Source: Clostridia bacterium (GTDB lineage Bacteria > Bacillota > Clostridia > Christensenellales > Borkfalkiaceae). From it: a stretch of 54,381 bases of DNA. The stretch spans positions 1 through 54,381 of the forward strand of contig JAFTKT010000037.1 in the NCBI GenBank assembly GCA_017453145.1, in the 5' to 3' direction. Below are positions 27,759 through 36,603 of this stretch, piece after piece. The notes under the pieces were generated by a model that searched no databases, was not told the origin of the DNA, and was given only the letters and a program-made list of their open reading frames with translations. The translations under genes were made by a program, and so were the position numbers. Position 1 is the stretch's first letter, and each line of letters begins with the position of its first letter.

Positions 27759-27784
27759 GTTCTTATTTCGTTCTTATTTCGTTC
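27759..27784. repeat. 11-bp tandem duplication spanning the dut stop codon
   Basis: gttcttatttc occurs twice, followed by a partial gttc. On the coding strand the final codons plus the stop (GGAACGAAATAA) are repeated. Confidence 0.8.
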
Positions 27785-28217
27785 CCGTGCTGCCGAACCC
27801 GCCCGTGCCGCGCACCGTTTCGGAGAGCTCGCTCGTCTCTTCAAATTCCGCTTTCAAGAACGGCGCAACGACAAGCTGTGCCACGCGCTCGCCCGCCGCG
27901 ACGGTCTGCGTCGTATTCGAATGATTGTGCAGGGCAACCATAATTTCTCCGCGATAATCAGCGTCGACCACCCCGACCTTGTTTGCAGGCGCAAGCCCGC
28001 GTTTCGCCGCAAGTCCGCTCCGCGCATAGACGAGCCCTGCGTACCCTTCGGGTATTTCCATCGCAAGCCCCGTGTGCACGAATTTCGTTTCAAAAGGCGC
28101 AAAGACGATTTCCCCCTCACTCGGCAACGCGTATAAATCCGCTCCTGCGGCGAATTCCGAGCCGTAAGTCGGCAAAATCGCGTCCTCTTTCAGTTTTTTA
28201 ACGGCAATTTTAGGCAT
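27774..28217 (-). CDS. dut: dUTP diphosphatase
   Basis: 147 aa counted from the ATG at 28217, which is preceded by AAGGAG. It contains AAGADLYA, ARSGLA, VGVVDADYRGE and GTGGFGSTG. Confidence 0.9.
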   Translation of the reverse strand: MPKIAVKKLKEDAILPTYGSEFAAGADLYALPSEGEIVFAPFETKFVHTGLAMEIPEGYAGLVYARSGLAAKRGLAPANKVGVVDADYRGEIMVALHNHSNTTQTVAAGERVAQLVVAPFLKAEFEETSELSETVRGTGGFGSTGTK

Positions 28218-28301
28218 AATCCACTCCTTCGCGGCGCACCCCACGCCGACCGATTTATTTTATCGATAATATTATATCAAAACTGAACGCAAAACGCAAG
28301 C

Positions 28302-28336
28302 AAAAAGCTCGGCTTTTTCCAAAGCCGAGCTTTTTA
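28302..28336. terminator. bidirectional terminator closing the phage-derived cassette
   Basis: An 11-bp stem, agctcggcttt (28306-28316) pairing with aaagccgagct (28321-28331), with an A-run before it and a T-run after. Confidence 0.8.
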
Positions 28337-28381
28337 TTTTTCCGCATTGTCATTGCAGACAACGCAAGCCCGCGAACCGCA

Positions 28382-28867
28382 TCACGCCTTTTTGCTTGCT
28401 TCCAAGAAATAATCGTAGAGCGGCGCGTACATATCCTCCAAATACACAACGGCGGTCTTGTCCGCCTTAAACGCTTCGAACCGCGCCGTCGCGTCCTGAA
28501 AATTCGTCTCGTAGTATTGTTTTACAATCGCCATACGCTCTTCGACGGTAAGCTCGTACTTCACGGTATACTTGCCGTTTTCCTCCGCGTCCTGCTTGGT
28601 CGAGAACCGCAAATAGAACAGGAGCGAATCGCGCAACGCCTCGATTTTCTGCTCGTATTCCTTTTGCAACTTCTCACAATACGCCGCCCAAGTCCCCGAC
28701 AGAAAGATGCCTCTGTCAATCAGGCGGTGTTTTTCTTTGAGCTTTGCCTCCGTGAGCGCGCGTTGCAAACGGTTCTTTTCGAGCTGCGCGCTTTTAATCT
28801 CCAAAATCTGTTCCTCTGTGAGCGCGGCAAACTGCTCGTCGGTAAACGGTATAATATCAATCGTCAA
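28382..28867 (-). CDS. phage-cassette protein, coiled-coil N-terminal region (possible tail needle/plug or accessory protein)
   Basis: It contains ...TDEQFAALTEEQILEIKSAQLEKNRLQRALTEAKLKEKHRLIDRG.... The preferred start is the TTG at 28867, 8 nt after GGAGG. The track start, the GTG at 28876, abuts the SD. It is the last gene of the cassette. Confidence 0.5.
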   Translation of the reverse strand: MTIDIIPFTDEQFAALTEEQILEIKSAQLEKNRLQRALTEAKLKEKHRLIDRGIFLSGTWAAYCEKLQKEYEQKIEALRDSLLFYLRFSTKQDAEENGKYTVKYELTVEERMAIVKQYYETNFQDATARFEAFKADKTAVVYLEDMYAPLYDYFLEASKKA

Positions 28868-28880
28868 GCCAATCACCTCC

Positions 28881-30236
28881 CTACTTCTCTTTGGCGAGCT
28901 TTTTCAGCCTCGCGCCGATTTTCCAAACCCGCGCACCGTACGCAAGCTGTATCGCCACGCGGAACTTCTCCCCGCACAGCCCAATTTTCGCCAACACCCC
29001 GTCCGAACGCAAAGCAAGCGTATAACTCTTTTCCCGCTTTCCGTTCCCGACGAACAGCGTAACCGTACCCTCGCCGCACAGCCGCAGACTATCGAGCGTC
29101 TTTTTCCCGTCCAAACCGAACCCGACGTTTTCGGCAACCACCTGCGCCAAACGGTGGGTAGGCAACGCGGCTTGGGCTTTCAGCTCATACGCAACCCCGT
29201 CTATCACGCCGACGATTTTTCCGCGAAGACAAGACACGCCCTCTATGGTAAACGAATGATACCATTCGTCCGTCTCCCCGTCGATAACTAACCCGTATAT
29301 CCCGTTATCGCGAGCTTTATAGGCATAGAACACGCGCCCGCCAAAACAGGCGTGTTCAAATACCTGCCCTGACCGTTTCACCTCTTCTTGCAAATGACAG
29401 ACTATTCTTTTTACGCCCGACTTATCCAATCGCCACAGCCCGTCTTCGGAAAAGAAATACACCTTTTCCCCGCTCGGCGCGGCACATGCGCAAGCGGAAT
29501 TTTTATAGATTTCCTTACCCGAATACGCCACGCGCTCCAAGCGGAATTCTCTCGCACTCCCTGCCGCCGTCAGTTTCCAAATCCCGAAACGACAAAACAC
29601 GAACAACGCCTGCGCCGTCGCCGTAAGCGCAACGATTTCTCCCGTTTGCGCAGGCAAAACGACTCTACCTCCCCCGTCAAGGCTTTCGGTAAACTCCCCC
29701 GTAGCAAACGGCGCGCTATACACAAGCTCATCTGCGCTCGCCGTAAAAATCCTGCCCGCAAAGGCACAAGCAACGGGCGCGCAAGCACTTTCCAACACGC
29801 GCACAAACCCGCCGTTATTATATCGGTATACGCCCGACGCACCGCAGAAATACAGGTGGTATTCCCCCTCCTCGTCCTGCGCCTCCACCGCCGCCGTTTC
29901 CCCGTCGAACGAATACGCGAGCGTAAACGTTCTGGTTTTCTCGTTGTAAAAATATAGATTTCCGTCGAACGATAAAAACGCGAACGTATCGCCGGCATAC
30001 AAAAATTGTTTCGGGTCGCCCAACCCCCAATCGTATAACACGGGATAACCGCTCTCCAACTGATATATTTCCACGCCTACGCCCATACGAATACCGCTTG
30101 CCAAATCGCAGTTTTCCGCCTCGTCAAAGACAAACGTGTCCGCCTCGTCATATTTTTCCAACAACGCGAACGCAGAATAATCCTTTTCCACCGCCTGCGT
30201 TTTCAAAAAAATCGCACGTTTAGGATAACTCAACAT
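28881..30236 (-). CDS. phage-cassette structural protein with beta-propeller-like repeats (possible nozzle/tail hub)
   Basis: 451 aa counted from the ATG at 30236, which lies in a TGATG overlap with the upstream stop, 8 nt after GGAGG. About seven recurring hydrophobic-strand-Gly-aromatic units are seen (FLSFDGNLYFYN, LYFCGASGVYRYN, VYFFSEDGLWRLD, RVFYAYKARDNGIYGL and others). Confidence 0.5.
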   Translation of the reverse strand: MLSYPKRAIFLKTQAVEKDYSAFALLEKYDEADTFVFDEAENCDLASGIRMGVGVEIYQLESGYPVLYDWGLGDPKQFLYAGDTFAFLSFDGNLYFYNEKTRTFTLAYSFDGETAAVEAQDEEGEYHLYFCGASGVYRYNNGGFVRVLESACAPVACAFAGRIFTASADELVYSAPFATGEFTESLDGGGRVVLPAQTGEIVALTATAQALFVFCRFGIWKLTAAGSAREFRLERVAYSGKEIYKNSACACAAPSGEKVYFFSEDGLWRLDKSGVKRIVCHLQEEVKRSGQVFEHACFGGRVFYAYKARDNGIYGLVIDGETDEWYHSFTIEGVSCLRGKIVGVIDGVAYELKAQAALPTHRLAQVVAENVGFGLDGKKTLDSLRLCGEGTVTLFVGNGKREKSYTLALRSDGVLAKIGLCGEKFRVAIQLAYGARVWKIGARLKKLAKEK

Positions 30237-30787
30237 CACGCCCACCTCCGCGAACGCAATCTCCGCGCGGGCTTGGCGCGGTACGCCGCCTCAATCGCGT
30301 TTTTATATTTTTTATCCCACACGGCTGCCTCCTCAAACAAACCGCTCGCCAGCGAATATTCAGCGGCAATCCCATAAGCAAACAACCGCACCGACGCCTG
30401 CAACACGAAATCGCTCTTATCCGCCAACGTTTTCGCTTTGGGCAAATACGTATACCGCACGACGATTTTCCCTGCCTGCGTTTTCAAATATTCGGGGAAC
30501 AAGGTAAACGGCAATGCATTGCCGAACTCGTCGTATACGCCGACCACCCGCGCCGCCTCCCGCGAGAACGAGGTATAGTGCACCGCACCCGTATCCGATT
30601 GCAATTCCTCTTCCGCGAGCAAGGGTAAATAATCAAGCGCGACCTCGTTTTCGACGAGATTAAAACAGCGCAACAGTTCGCTTGTTACCGCCTCGCCCTC
30701 CGTCGACGTGCCCAGCAGGTATGCGTTGACTTCCTCCGCAAGCCCCAGCTCCGTTGCCGCCGCCGTTAAAATTTCTTTCACCGTCAT
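30236..30787 (-). CDS. putative head-tail adaptor / head-completion protein
   Basis: 183 aa, immediately downstream of the capsid gene. Size and position match an adaptor or connector. RBS AGGAGG lies upstream. No motif-level identification was possible. Confidence 0.4.
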   Translation of the reverse strand: MTVKEILTAAATELGLAEEVNAYLLGTSTEGEAVTSELLRCFNLVENEVALDYLPLLAEEELQSDTGAVHYTSFSREAARVVGVYDEFGNALPFTLFPEYLKTQAGKIVVRYTYLPKAKTLADKSDFVLQASVRLFAYGIAAEYSLASGLFEEAAVWDKKYKNAIEAAYRAKPARRLRSRRWA

Positions 30788-30815
30788 AATGTAGCACCTC
30801 CTGTTTTTTTAATAA

Positions 30816-30840
30816 CAGCCGCCCGAAAAACGGGCGGCTG
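30816..30840 (-). terminator. hairpin just downstream of the major capsid gene (partial terminator candidate)
   Basis: A perfect 10-bp stem, cagccgcccg aaaaa cgggcggctg. On the minus strand it is followed by TTATTAAAAAAA, a weak U-tract. Confidence 0.45.
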
Positions 30841-30852
30841 TCTGTTTGGAAT

Positions 30853-32022
30853 TTACGCTTCGATAATCTCCGTCAACATACCCTGACCGTTGGGTTTTTC
30901 ACACATAAGCTCGGCGTATTTCACGAGCGTAGCCGTATAGACAGGCTTGCCGGGCACTTGTTTCAAAATCTTGCCGTCCTCGCCTTCCAGCCACTTCCAA
31001 TCGCAAAGCTGATGCACCTTGAAATCGTCGGTATTGAGCAAATACATCGTCCCTTCGGGGCAGAATCTGTCGGCAATCACGGGAATCCCGTTAAAGCTCA
31101 CCGCCTTAAATCCGCCCGCGCACTCCATCGTCGGCATCACGCTCGCATATTTACGGTAATACGCGGCAAGCGCACGTTTCACGCCCCAAGAGCAGACGAT
31201 AAAATTAACCTTTCCGCCCGAATTTTCCTCAATTGCGTCGATAGCTTTTTGAATTTTGCCCTCGTCGATTTCACCGACGCCCGTCTCGATATAAGGCTTC
31301 ATAAACGGCATTGCGGAACGGTCGATGCCGTACAACTCACCGCCGTCGGCAAAAATAGCGCCAAGCCCCGTAATCTCATAATCTTTCGAGCCGTGCAAAT
31401 ACACTTTCGCATCGCTCGTCATGTAATTTTCCAAACCACTGCCTTGCACGACAATACATCTGTTTTGGCGGTCGACCGACAAAACTTTCAGACCGGTTGC
31501 CACGCTGATAGGCGCGTCGTCATACGTCGTGAAATCGAGCACCATACCCTCTACAATGCCTTTGACGTCGGAAAGTTCGATAACGTTGTCGCTTACATCG
31601 TTTACCATAGCGAGCAGACCGGTACCGTCGCCGTAGAGCATACGTCCGAAATTAAACGACGCACTTTTCACAAGCGATTGCATCTCGTCGTTGAGAAGAT
31701 TTACGAACGCGCCCTCGCTATTCGATGACGCGCGGAGCGCCTTATCGGAAATCTCAATCGTGCCGTAGAGATTTTTCAAGGTAGAAGTGAAGAGCACTCT
31801 ATCCCCCGAAGAGGACGCGGGTAAATTCCCCGTTTCGCTACCTGCGGCGATACCGCCGTTCACGCCGTATTTCACGAGCTTTTTAACGTCCTTGCCTACC
31901 ACGTCGATAGACGAACGTTGAATTTGCGCAAGGAGGGGATTTGCTTTCAAATCGAGCGCCTCCGTAACCGCGTCAAGGTAAAAAGATTTCAATGCGTTAT
32001 CCGCTGTTTCAATAGTAATCAT
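30853..32022 (-). CDS. phage major capsid protein (HK97-fold type, no delta domain)
   Basis: 389 aa, directly after the scaffold gene. It contains the N-terminal ...ALKSFYLDAVTEAL..., plus ...LYGTIEISDKAL... and an aromatic/Gly-rich C-terminal half. Its position in the portal-scaffold-capsid order supports the call. Confidence 0.75.
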   Translation of the reverse strand: MITIETADNALKSFYLDAVTEALDLKANPLLAQIQRSSIDVVGKDVKKLVKYGVNGGIAAGSETGNLPASSSGDRVLFTSTLKNLYGTIEISDKALRASSNSEGAFVNLLNDEMQSLVKSASFNFGRMLYGDGTGLLAMVNDVSDNVIELSDVKGIVEGMVLDFTTYDDAPISVATGLKVLSVDRQNRCIVVQGSGLENYMTSDAKVYLHGSKDYEITGLGAIFADGGELYGIDRSAMPFMKPYIETGVGEIDEGKIQKAIDAIEENSGGKVNFIVCSWGVKRALAAYYRKYASVMPTMECAGGFKAVSFNGIPVIADRFCPEGTMYLLNTDDFKVHQLCDWKWLEGEDGKILKQVPGKPVYTATLVKYAELMCEKPNGQGMLTEIIEA

Positions 32023-32082
32023 AAATAATTTCTCTCCTTTTTAATCATGTTTTGTTTTTTTACACGCTCATTTTCATTGCCG

Positions 32083-32805
32083 TCAATTGACGTTTTGCGC
32101 CCCGTTTTTGAAGAACCGCAACGCCATACTTCCTGCCTCGTCAATGCTTTTCGCTTTTTTAGGCGGCGAGACGAGCGTACCCGCACCGCCGAGCGTCAAA
32201 GGCGCGCCCGATTTTCCGAGCGAAGAAAGGTATTCCCCGACGATTTTCAAGCGCACCCCCTCGTCGCGACAGACGAGCCCGTAGAGCTCATCTGCGGAAA
32301 GCACGTTCTCTCCGCGAGCGTCTGCGACGGACGGTTTCGCAATGTTTTGTATTTCCTCTGCCTGCGCCTCCGCACCGCTCACAAAGCCAACGTCTGCCAC
32401 GTCTATCGAGCCGTTCGAACCGTCTTGGCGGGTTTCCTGCGTTTGGGACAAAACTTGGGTTTCGGTTTGCGCGCCGACCGATTCTAGCTCGGAAACAAAC
32501 GCAGTAAAGCGCTTGTCCTCCTCCCTTTTTTGCGCGGCTCTTTTGCGGAGCTTTTCCACCCCGCCGCCTTGCGCATTCCCCTCGCTTTCCTCCAAGCCAT
32601 TGAAATTATCCGCTTTCGCTTCCAACTCTTTGAGCCGTTGACTGCGCCTTGTAAATTCCGCCTCCAACGCCTCGTATGCCCTCAAAAGGGCGTCTACGCT
32701 CCGAAACTTACCCAAATCCGTCGAAACCTTTCCCTCTGCTTTTTCTACTTCCGTAGCTCTTTCCGATTGCTGTGTTTCCACGTAAACGTTCTCCTTTTCT
32801 TCCAT
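32083..32805 (-). CDS. phage scaffolding protein
   Basis: 240 aa, acidic and helical. It contains LGKFRSVDALLRAYEALEAEFTRRSQRLKELE, a motif pattern I associate with Firmicutes phage scaffold proteins. It lies between the portal and capsid genes. Confidence 0.65.
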   Translation of the reverse strand: MEEKENVYVETQQSERATEVEKAEGKVSTDLGKFRSVDALLRAYEALEAEFTRRSQRLKELEAKADNFNGLEESEGNAQGGGVEKLRKRAAQKREEDKRFTAFVSELESVGAQTETQVLSQTQETRQDGSNGSIDVADVGFVSGAEAQAEEIQNIAKPSVADARGENVLSADELYGLVCRDEGVRLKIVGEYLSSLGKSGAPLTLGGAGTLVSPPKKAKSIDEAGSMALRFFKNGAQNVN

Positions 32806-32841
32806 AATTTATATTTCAACCTCCTTTTTAACCTTTCCTAA

Positions 32842-34710
32842 TTATTGTGCCTTGCTTGCCGTGAGCTGTTCTTTATGTCGTCTGATATGCGCAACAAACC
32901 TTGCTTTCACTTCGTCTAAATGCGCGCACTCCTTAAACTGTGCGGAGAGCAAAAACCGCGTATGCTCGGTGATATGCAGGTCGTGCTCGTCGTATTCGTC
33001 AGGCAAAACCGCCTCCGTTTTCAACAGCAAATTCTCCTCGCCTGCTTTTGCGATATGTAGCGCGGAAATATCCCTTGCGTTTTCAAAACTTCCGAACCCG
33101 AACGCCTCCAAAATCCTGTTCTTGTTCTCCACCGAAAGCTTCCCCTCGCCATCCGTGAGAATACCCGCCTCGTAGAGCTTCAAAATCGTCGCCTGTTTCT
33201 CTTCGGGCGATACGCCGTCCTCCGCCTCAAATTGCACGTCATTCGCCTCCAACTCACTCGCGTTGAAATAGTACACCTGCGTTTTCTTATTCTCGCCCGC
33301 GACCGTCAACAGCCTCGCGTTCCCTGCAAATTCACGATACAATCGCAAAATCTGTTTCCCAACCTTCTTCACCGCCCGTTCCGTCTCCTCAACGGTAACG
33401 GAAAGCCTTGAATCGTCTTGCGAAAGCAACAACTGCAACCCCGTCGCACTCGTAACCCTTGCAGGCGTCGAGCTTTGCGACAAATCGGACACACCGCTGA
33501 TTAACGCAAACTCCTTTTCGAGCCACGCCTCTTCGGCGGCGAACTCCGACGGTATATTCCCGCAATTGAGCATTTCAGGCGGTTTCGCGCCCTGACGGTA
33601 CACAAGCACCTTTCCGGGCAACAGCCCCTCTTCCGCTAGCTCGTCGGTATCCACCGCACCATCCTCCACCGTCAACACGCCCATAGACAATCGGTTCAAA
33701 AACTCGTGTTTTCTGTTCCGCACGGCATTATACGCCCTTTGCACGGGAATAAGCCTATCCACAACGCTCGCCCCGAAAAAGCAAGCGGGCAGCCGCATAC
33801 AGTCTTGCTTTACGAACGGAAAATCACGCTCGCCGCGCTCGCCGTTTTGATAGGGCAAATCCCCCGCAAACAACAGCTTGTTCCCCGCCACAATTTCCAG
33901 CCTACCGCGCGGATACGCTTTGGTCGGACGGGTATACCGTTCAATTAAAATCACGCTGTTTTCGTCCGTCGTGTTTTTAAAGGTCGTGCCGTCAAGCGGT
34001 AATTTCCCTGACGCAGGCTCGGCGAACGGGTCGACCGTCAAAGCCGCCGCAGACGTGCCTTGCACCTCCACGCCGAACCGCTCATACACGTCGTCCACCG
34101 TGATAAGCTTTGCATGGATAAGGCTTTGCACCTCTTCCAAGCTCTCCGCGTTCAAAAAATCGGGATAAATCTCAAACGCCGACACAGCGCTGATTTTCAC
34201 TTCCCCTTCATAGACGGGCTCGCCCGATTCCCTTTCCGCGACCTTTCTCCCCGCGTTCACGTCCCATGCGATTTTATAAAAGGCACTCCCGCAAATTTCC
34301 GCCCACGTCGTAACCTGTGAAACGGTCTGGGAAAACCCCGCCCTTTCCTGTGCATACGTCAACAACCCCGTCGCAAGCTTTGCGGCTTTTATATCCCCGT
34401 CCTCATCTGAAAAGGCACGCACGCGGAGCTTGGGCTGTAAGCGTTCGAGCTTGGCAAGTCTTGCCTCAATCGTAGGCGCGATATGATTAAACGCTCGCCG
34501 CGATTGCCAATAAAACCGCTTATCCTCTTCCGCAAGCCCTCCTAGCGGCGACACGTCGCAATACTGGTCGCCGCTGTAAAAATGCAAATTCAACAGCCAC
34601 CCGCTTTCTATTCTGCGCCTCGCCTCCCTGCGCTCCTCGAAATCGGCGACAATCTCCGCCGCCAACCTCTGCTCTGCTTTTTCCTTTTGGGAAAAATCCG
34701 TTTGTTCCAT
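32842..34710 (-). CDS. phage portal protein
   Basis: 622 aa, located after the terminase genes and before the scaffold gene. The size and overall alpha/beta character are typical of a portal. RBS AAGGAGGAG lies upstream. Confidence 0.75.
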   Translation of the reverse strand: MEQTDFSQKEKAEQRLAAEIVADFEERREARRRIESGWLLNLHFYSGDQYCDVSPLGGLAEEDKRFYWQSRRAFNHIAPTIEARLAKLERLQPKLRVRAFSDEDGDIKAAKLATGLLTYAQERAGFSQTVSQVTTWAEICGSAFYKIAWDVNAGRKVAERESGEPVYEGEVKISAVSAFEIYPDFLNAESLEEVQSLIHAKLITVDDVYERFGVEVQGTSAAALTVDPFAEPASGKLPLDGTTFKNTTDENSVILIERYTRPTKAYPRGRLEIVAGNKLLFAGDLPYQNGERGERDFPFVKQDCMRLPACFFGASVVDRLIPVQRAYNAVRNRKHEFLNRLSMGVLTVEDGAVDTDELAEEGLLPGKVLVYRQGAKPPEMLNCGNIPSEFAAEEAWLEKEFALISGVSDLSQSSTPARVTSATGLQLLLSQDDSRLSVTVEETERAVKKVGKQILRLYREFAGNARLLTVAGENKKTQVYYFNASELEANDVQFEAEDGVSPEEKQATILKLYEAGILTDGEGKLSVENKNRILEAFGFGSFENARDISALHIAKAGEENLLLKTEAVLPDEYDEHDLHITEHTRFLLSAQFKECAHLDEVKARFVAHIRRHKEQLTASKAQ

Positions 34711-34738
34711 AATACTCTCCTCCTTTTTTATTCCCTAT

Positions 34739-35122
34739 TTACTTTTCACTTTTCTCTGTTATTTTGCCACTTCTCTTCACCTTTTTTCTCGGTTTCGCGC
34801 GCGGTTTTCTCGCGACTTTCTTGCTTTCAACGCACACCTGCCCCTCTCCTTTCTCCGCCGAACGCAGCAAAGCAAACAGCCGTTCCTTTTCCGCGTTCAA
34901 TTCCTCGTCGCTCATTTTTTCAAGGCCAGTTAAACCGTTTTCACCGAGCAACAACTGCGCAGCTTTCAAATCGGGCGGCACGTCCTTTTTCGTCTTTTTA
35001 CGTTTCGTAAGCTTCAATTCCCCGTCCACTTCGGCATATTCTTCGGTAACTTCGGCGACCTGAAACCCAAGCGCCACCTTCAAAATCGCCTCCGACAGCC
35101 TTTCCTCCTCTTTTTCCGTCAT
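34739..35122 (-). CDS. small basic-tailed protein with small-terminase-like segment
   Basis: 127 aa. An ATGA overlap joins it to the TerL stop. The segment KLTKRKKTKKDVPPDLKAAQLLL resembles a conserved segment of small terminase subunits (from memory). The C-terminal tail is highly basic: KKVARKPRAKPRKKVKRSGK. Confidence 0.35.
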   Translation of the reverse strand: MTEKEEERLSEAILKVALGFQVAEVTEEYAEVDGELKLTKRKKTKKDVPPDLKAAQLLLGENGLTGLEKMSDEELNAEKERLFALLRSAEKGEGQVCVESKKVARKPRAKPRKKVKRSGKITEKSEK

Positions 35123-36549
35123 AGCATCCTTGCCCTCCTAACACGTTTCATCAATCGTTCCTTATCCTTTTGTATCACGCTCTTTTCCACAACGGGCGGT
35201 AGTTTTTTCGGTCGCGTCATCAAATAATACCTCATTTCATCCAGCGCATGGTCGTCCACCTTTTTCGGCGTATCGCCGCTCCCCCAAACGTACCCTTTCA
35301 GCTCTTTTATCAGCTCCACGCAGTTTTGGAAAATATACAAGTTCGGCAAACCGTTTTTGGTATTGAGATAACTTTTCACCCTCGCAATCCCCGAAAACAA
35401 ATCCTTGTCGACGTCGGGATTAACCAAAATACCCCGTTCGTAGAAAAGCTCCGCAACGCTTTTCACGCTCGCTAGCGTTCGTTGCTTTGCCGCGCTGTCA
35501 ATGAGGGCACGCACTCTGCCCTGCCCGTCCGTTTTCCAACCCAGCCTCGCGGAAATTTCCCTGATTTTCTCCGCGTGATAATCGACGTCCTTTCCCGCCG
35601 CAAAATGCTCGGCAAGCACGTACACGTTGTCGTCAAAATCAACGGCATACCAATGCGCGGACAGCGGATTATTGAGACCGGGGTCAATGGAAATTATATC
35701 CTGCCATTCTTTGGGCACGTCAAACGGCTCAATCACGTGCACCCGCTCGTCAAATTCGGGATAGACAAGCCCCTCGCCGCTCGCAAACTTCCCGTATCGC
35801 CGCGACTGCAAAGCCCCCTCGTCCAAACACGATTCTAACAAGGTAATTTCCGCAGGGTCAAGATAGGGATTATCCGCCCATTCCATAAACTCATACCAAA
35901 CTTCCGGGTCGTTTTTACGGTTCAGGTAAATCTCGTTATAGACGAACGTTAACCCTTTGAGCGGGGTCATCGTCCCAAAAATATCCCCTTTTTTATCGAA
36001 CACGCGCATGCGGCATTCCTCGTAAATATCACGCGGCGGCTCTTCGTCGAACCAAACGAAATCGAGCGACGTGCCTTGAAACTTTTCCCTGCCTTGGTCG
36101 CAACTTTTGAACCCGATAACAGACGTCCCGCCGAGCGCATTTTTCACGCGTATAAAATCGATTACGCCCTCACTCGGACAATCCTTACGCCCTGCAAGCA
36201 TGACAATCCCGTCAATCCATTCGCGTTTCAAATAATGCAAAATCTTTTTTTGCGCGACGTCCCTTTGCACCTGTGTAGACAGGGAAACCACCCACCCGCA
36301 CACGTCCTTTTTATTCTCGCGGTAAGGATGAATTCCCCGCGCAAGATAGACGCATTCCGCTGCCCCGCACTCCGTTTTCCCCGAACGGTTTCCCCCGAAC
36401 ACCCAGCGATTACGCTTTTCCGATTTATGAAAAGCGAGTTGTTTTTTATGTATTTTTTCACCCGTATTATAAGCGGCGAGGAAATCGTCCTGTTTTCTTC
36501 GCGCCTGCTCGCGTTCGATTAAAACGAGCTTTTCTACAATATCTCTCAT
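35119..36549 (-). CDS. phage terminase large subunit
   Basis: 476 aa. It contains Walker A GGNRSGKT, Walker B LDFVWFDEE, and nuclease-half acidic motifs (ISIDPG..., VDDHALDEMRY). Confidence 0.85.
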   Translation of the reverse strand: MRDIVEKLVLIEREQARRKQDDFLAAYNTGEKIHKKQLAFHKSEKRNRWVFGGNRSGKTECGAAECVYLARGIHPYRENKKDVCGWVVSLSTQVQRDVAQKKILHYLKREWIDGIVMLAGRKDCPSEGVIDFIRVKNALGGTSVIGFKSCDQGREKFQGTSLDFVWFDEEPPRDIYEECRMRVFDKKGDIFGTMTPLKGLTFVYNEIYLNRKNDPEVWYEFMEWADNPYLDPAEITLLESCLDEGALQSRRYGKFASGEGLVYPEFDERVHVIEPFDVPKEWQDIISIDPGLNNPLSAHWYAVDFDDNVYVLAEHFAAGKDVDYHAEKIREISARLGWKTDGQGRVRALIDSAAKQRTLASVKSVAELFYERGILVNPDVDKDLFSGIARVKSYLNTKNGLPNLYIFQNCVELIKELKGYVWGSGDTPKKVDDHALDEMRYYLMTRPKKLPPVVEKSVIQKDKERLMKRVRRARML

Positions 36550-36603
36550 AAATACCTCACAATCGGCAAAATTATATTCGCAAAACGCGTTATAATGAAA
36601 GCT

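Noticed and set aside
28245-28381. Looked for att-like direct repeats, tRNA genes or an integrase at the borders of the phage cassette (28245-28381 and 37986-38303)
   Set aside because: No tRNA-like sequence and no shared stretch of 12 nt or more was apparent by eye. This was a visual comparison only and should be repeated computationally.
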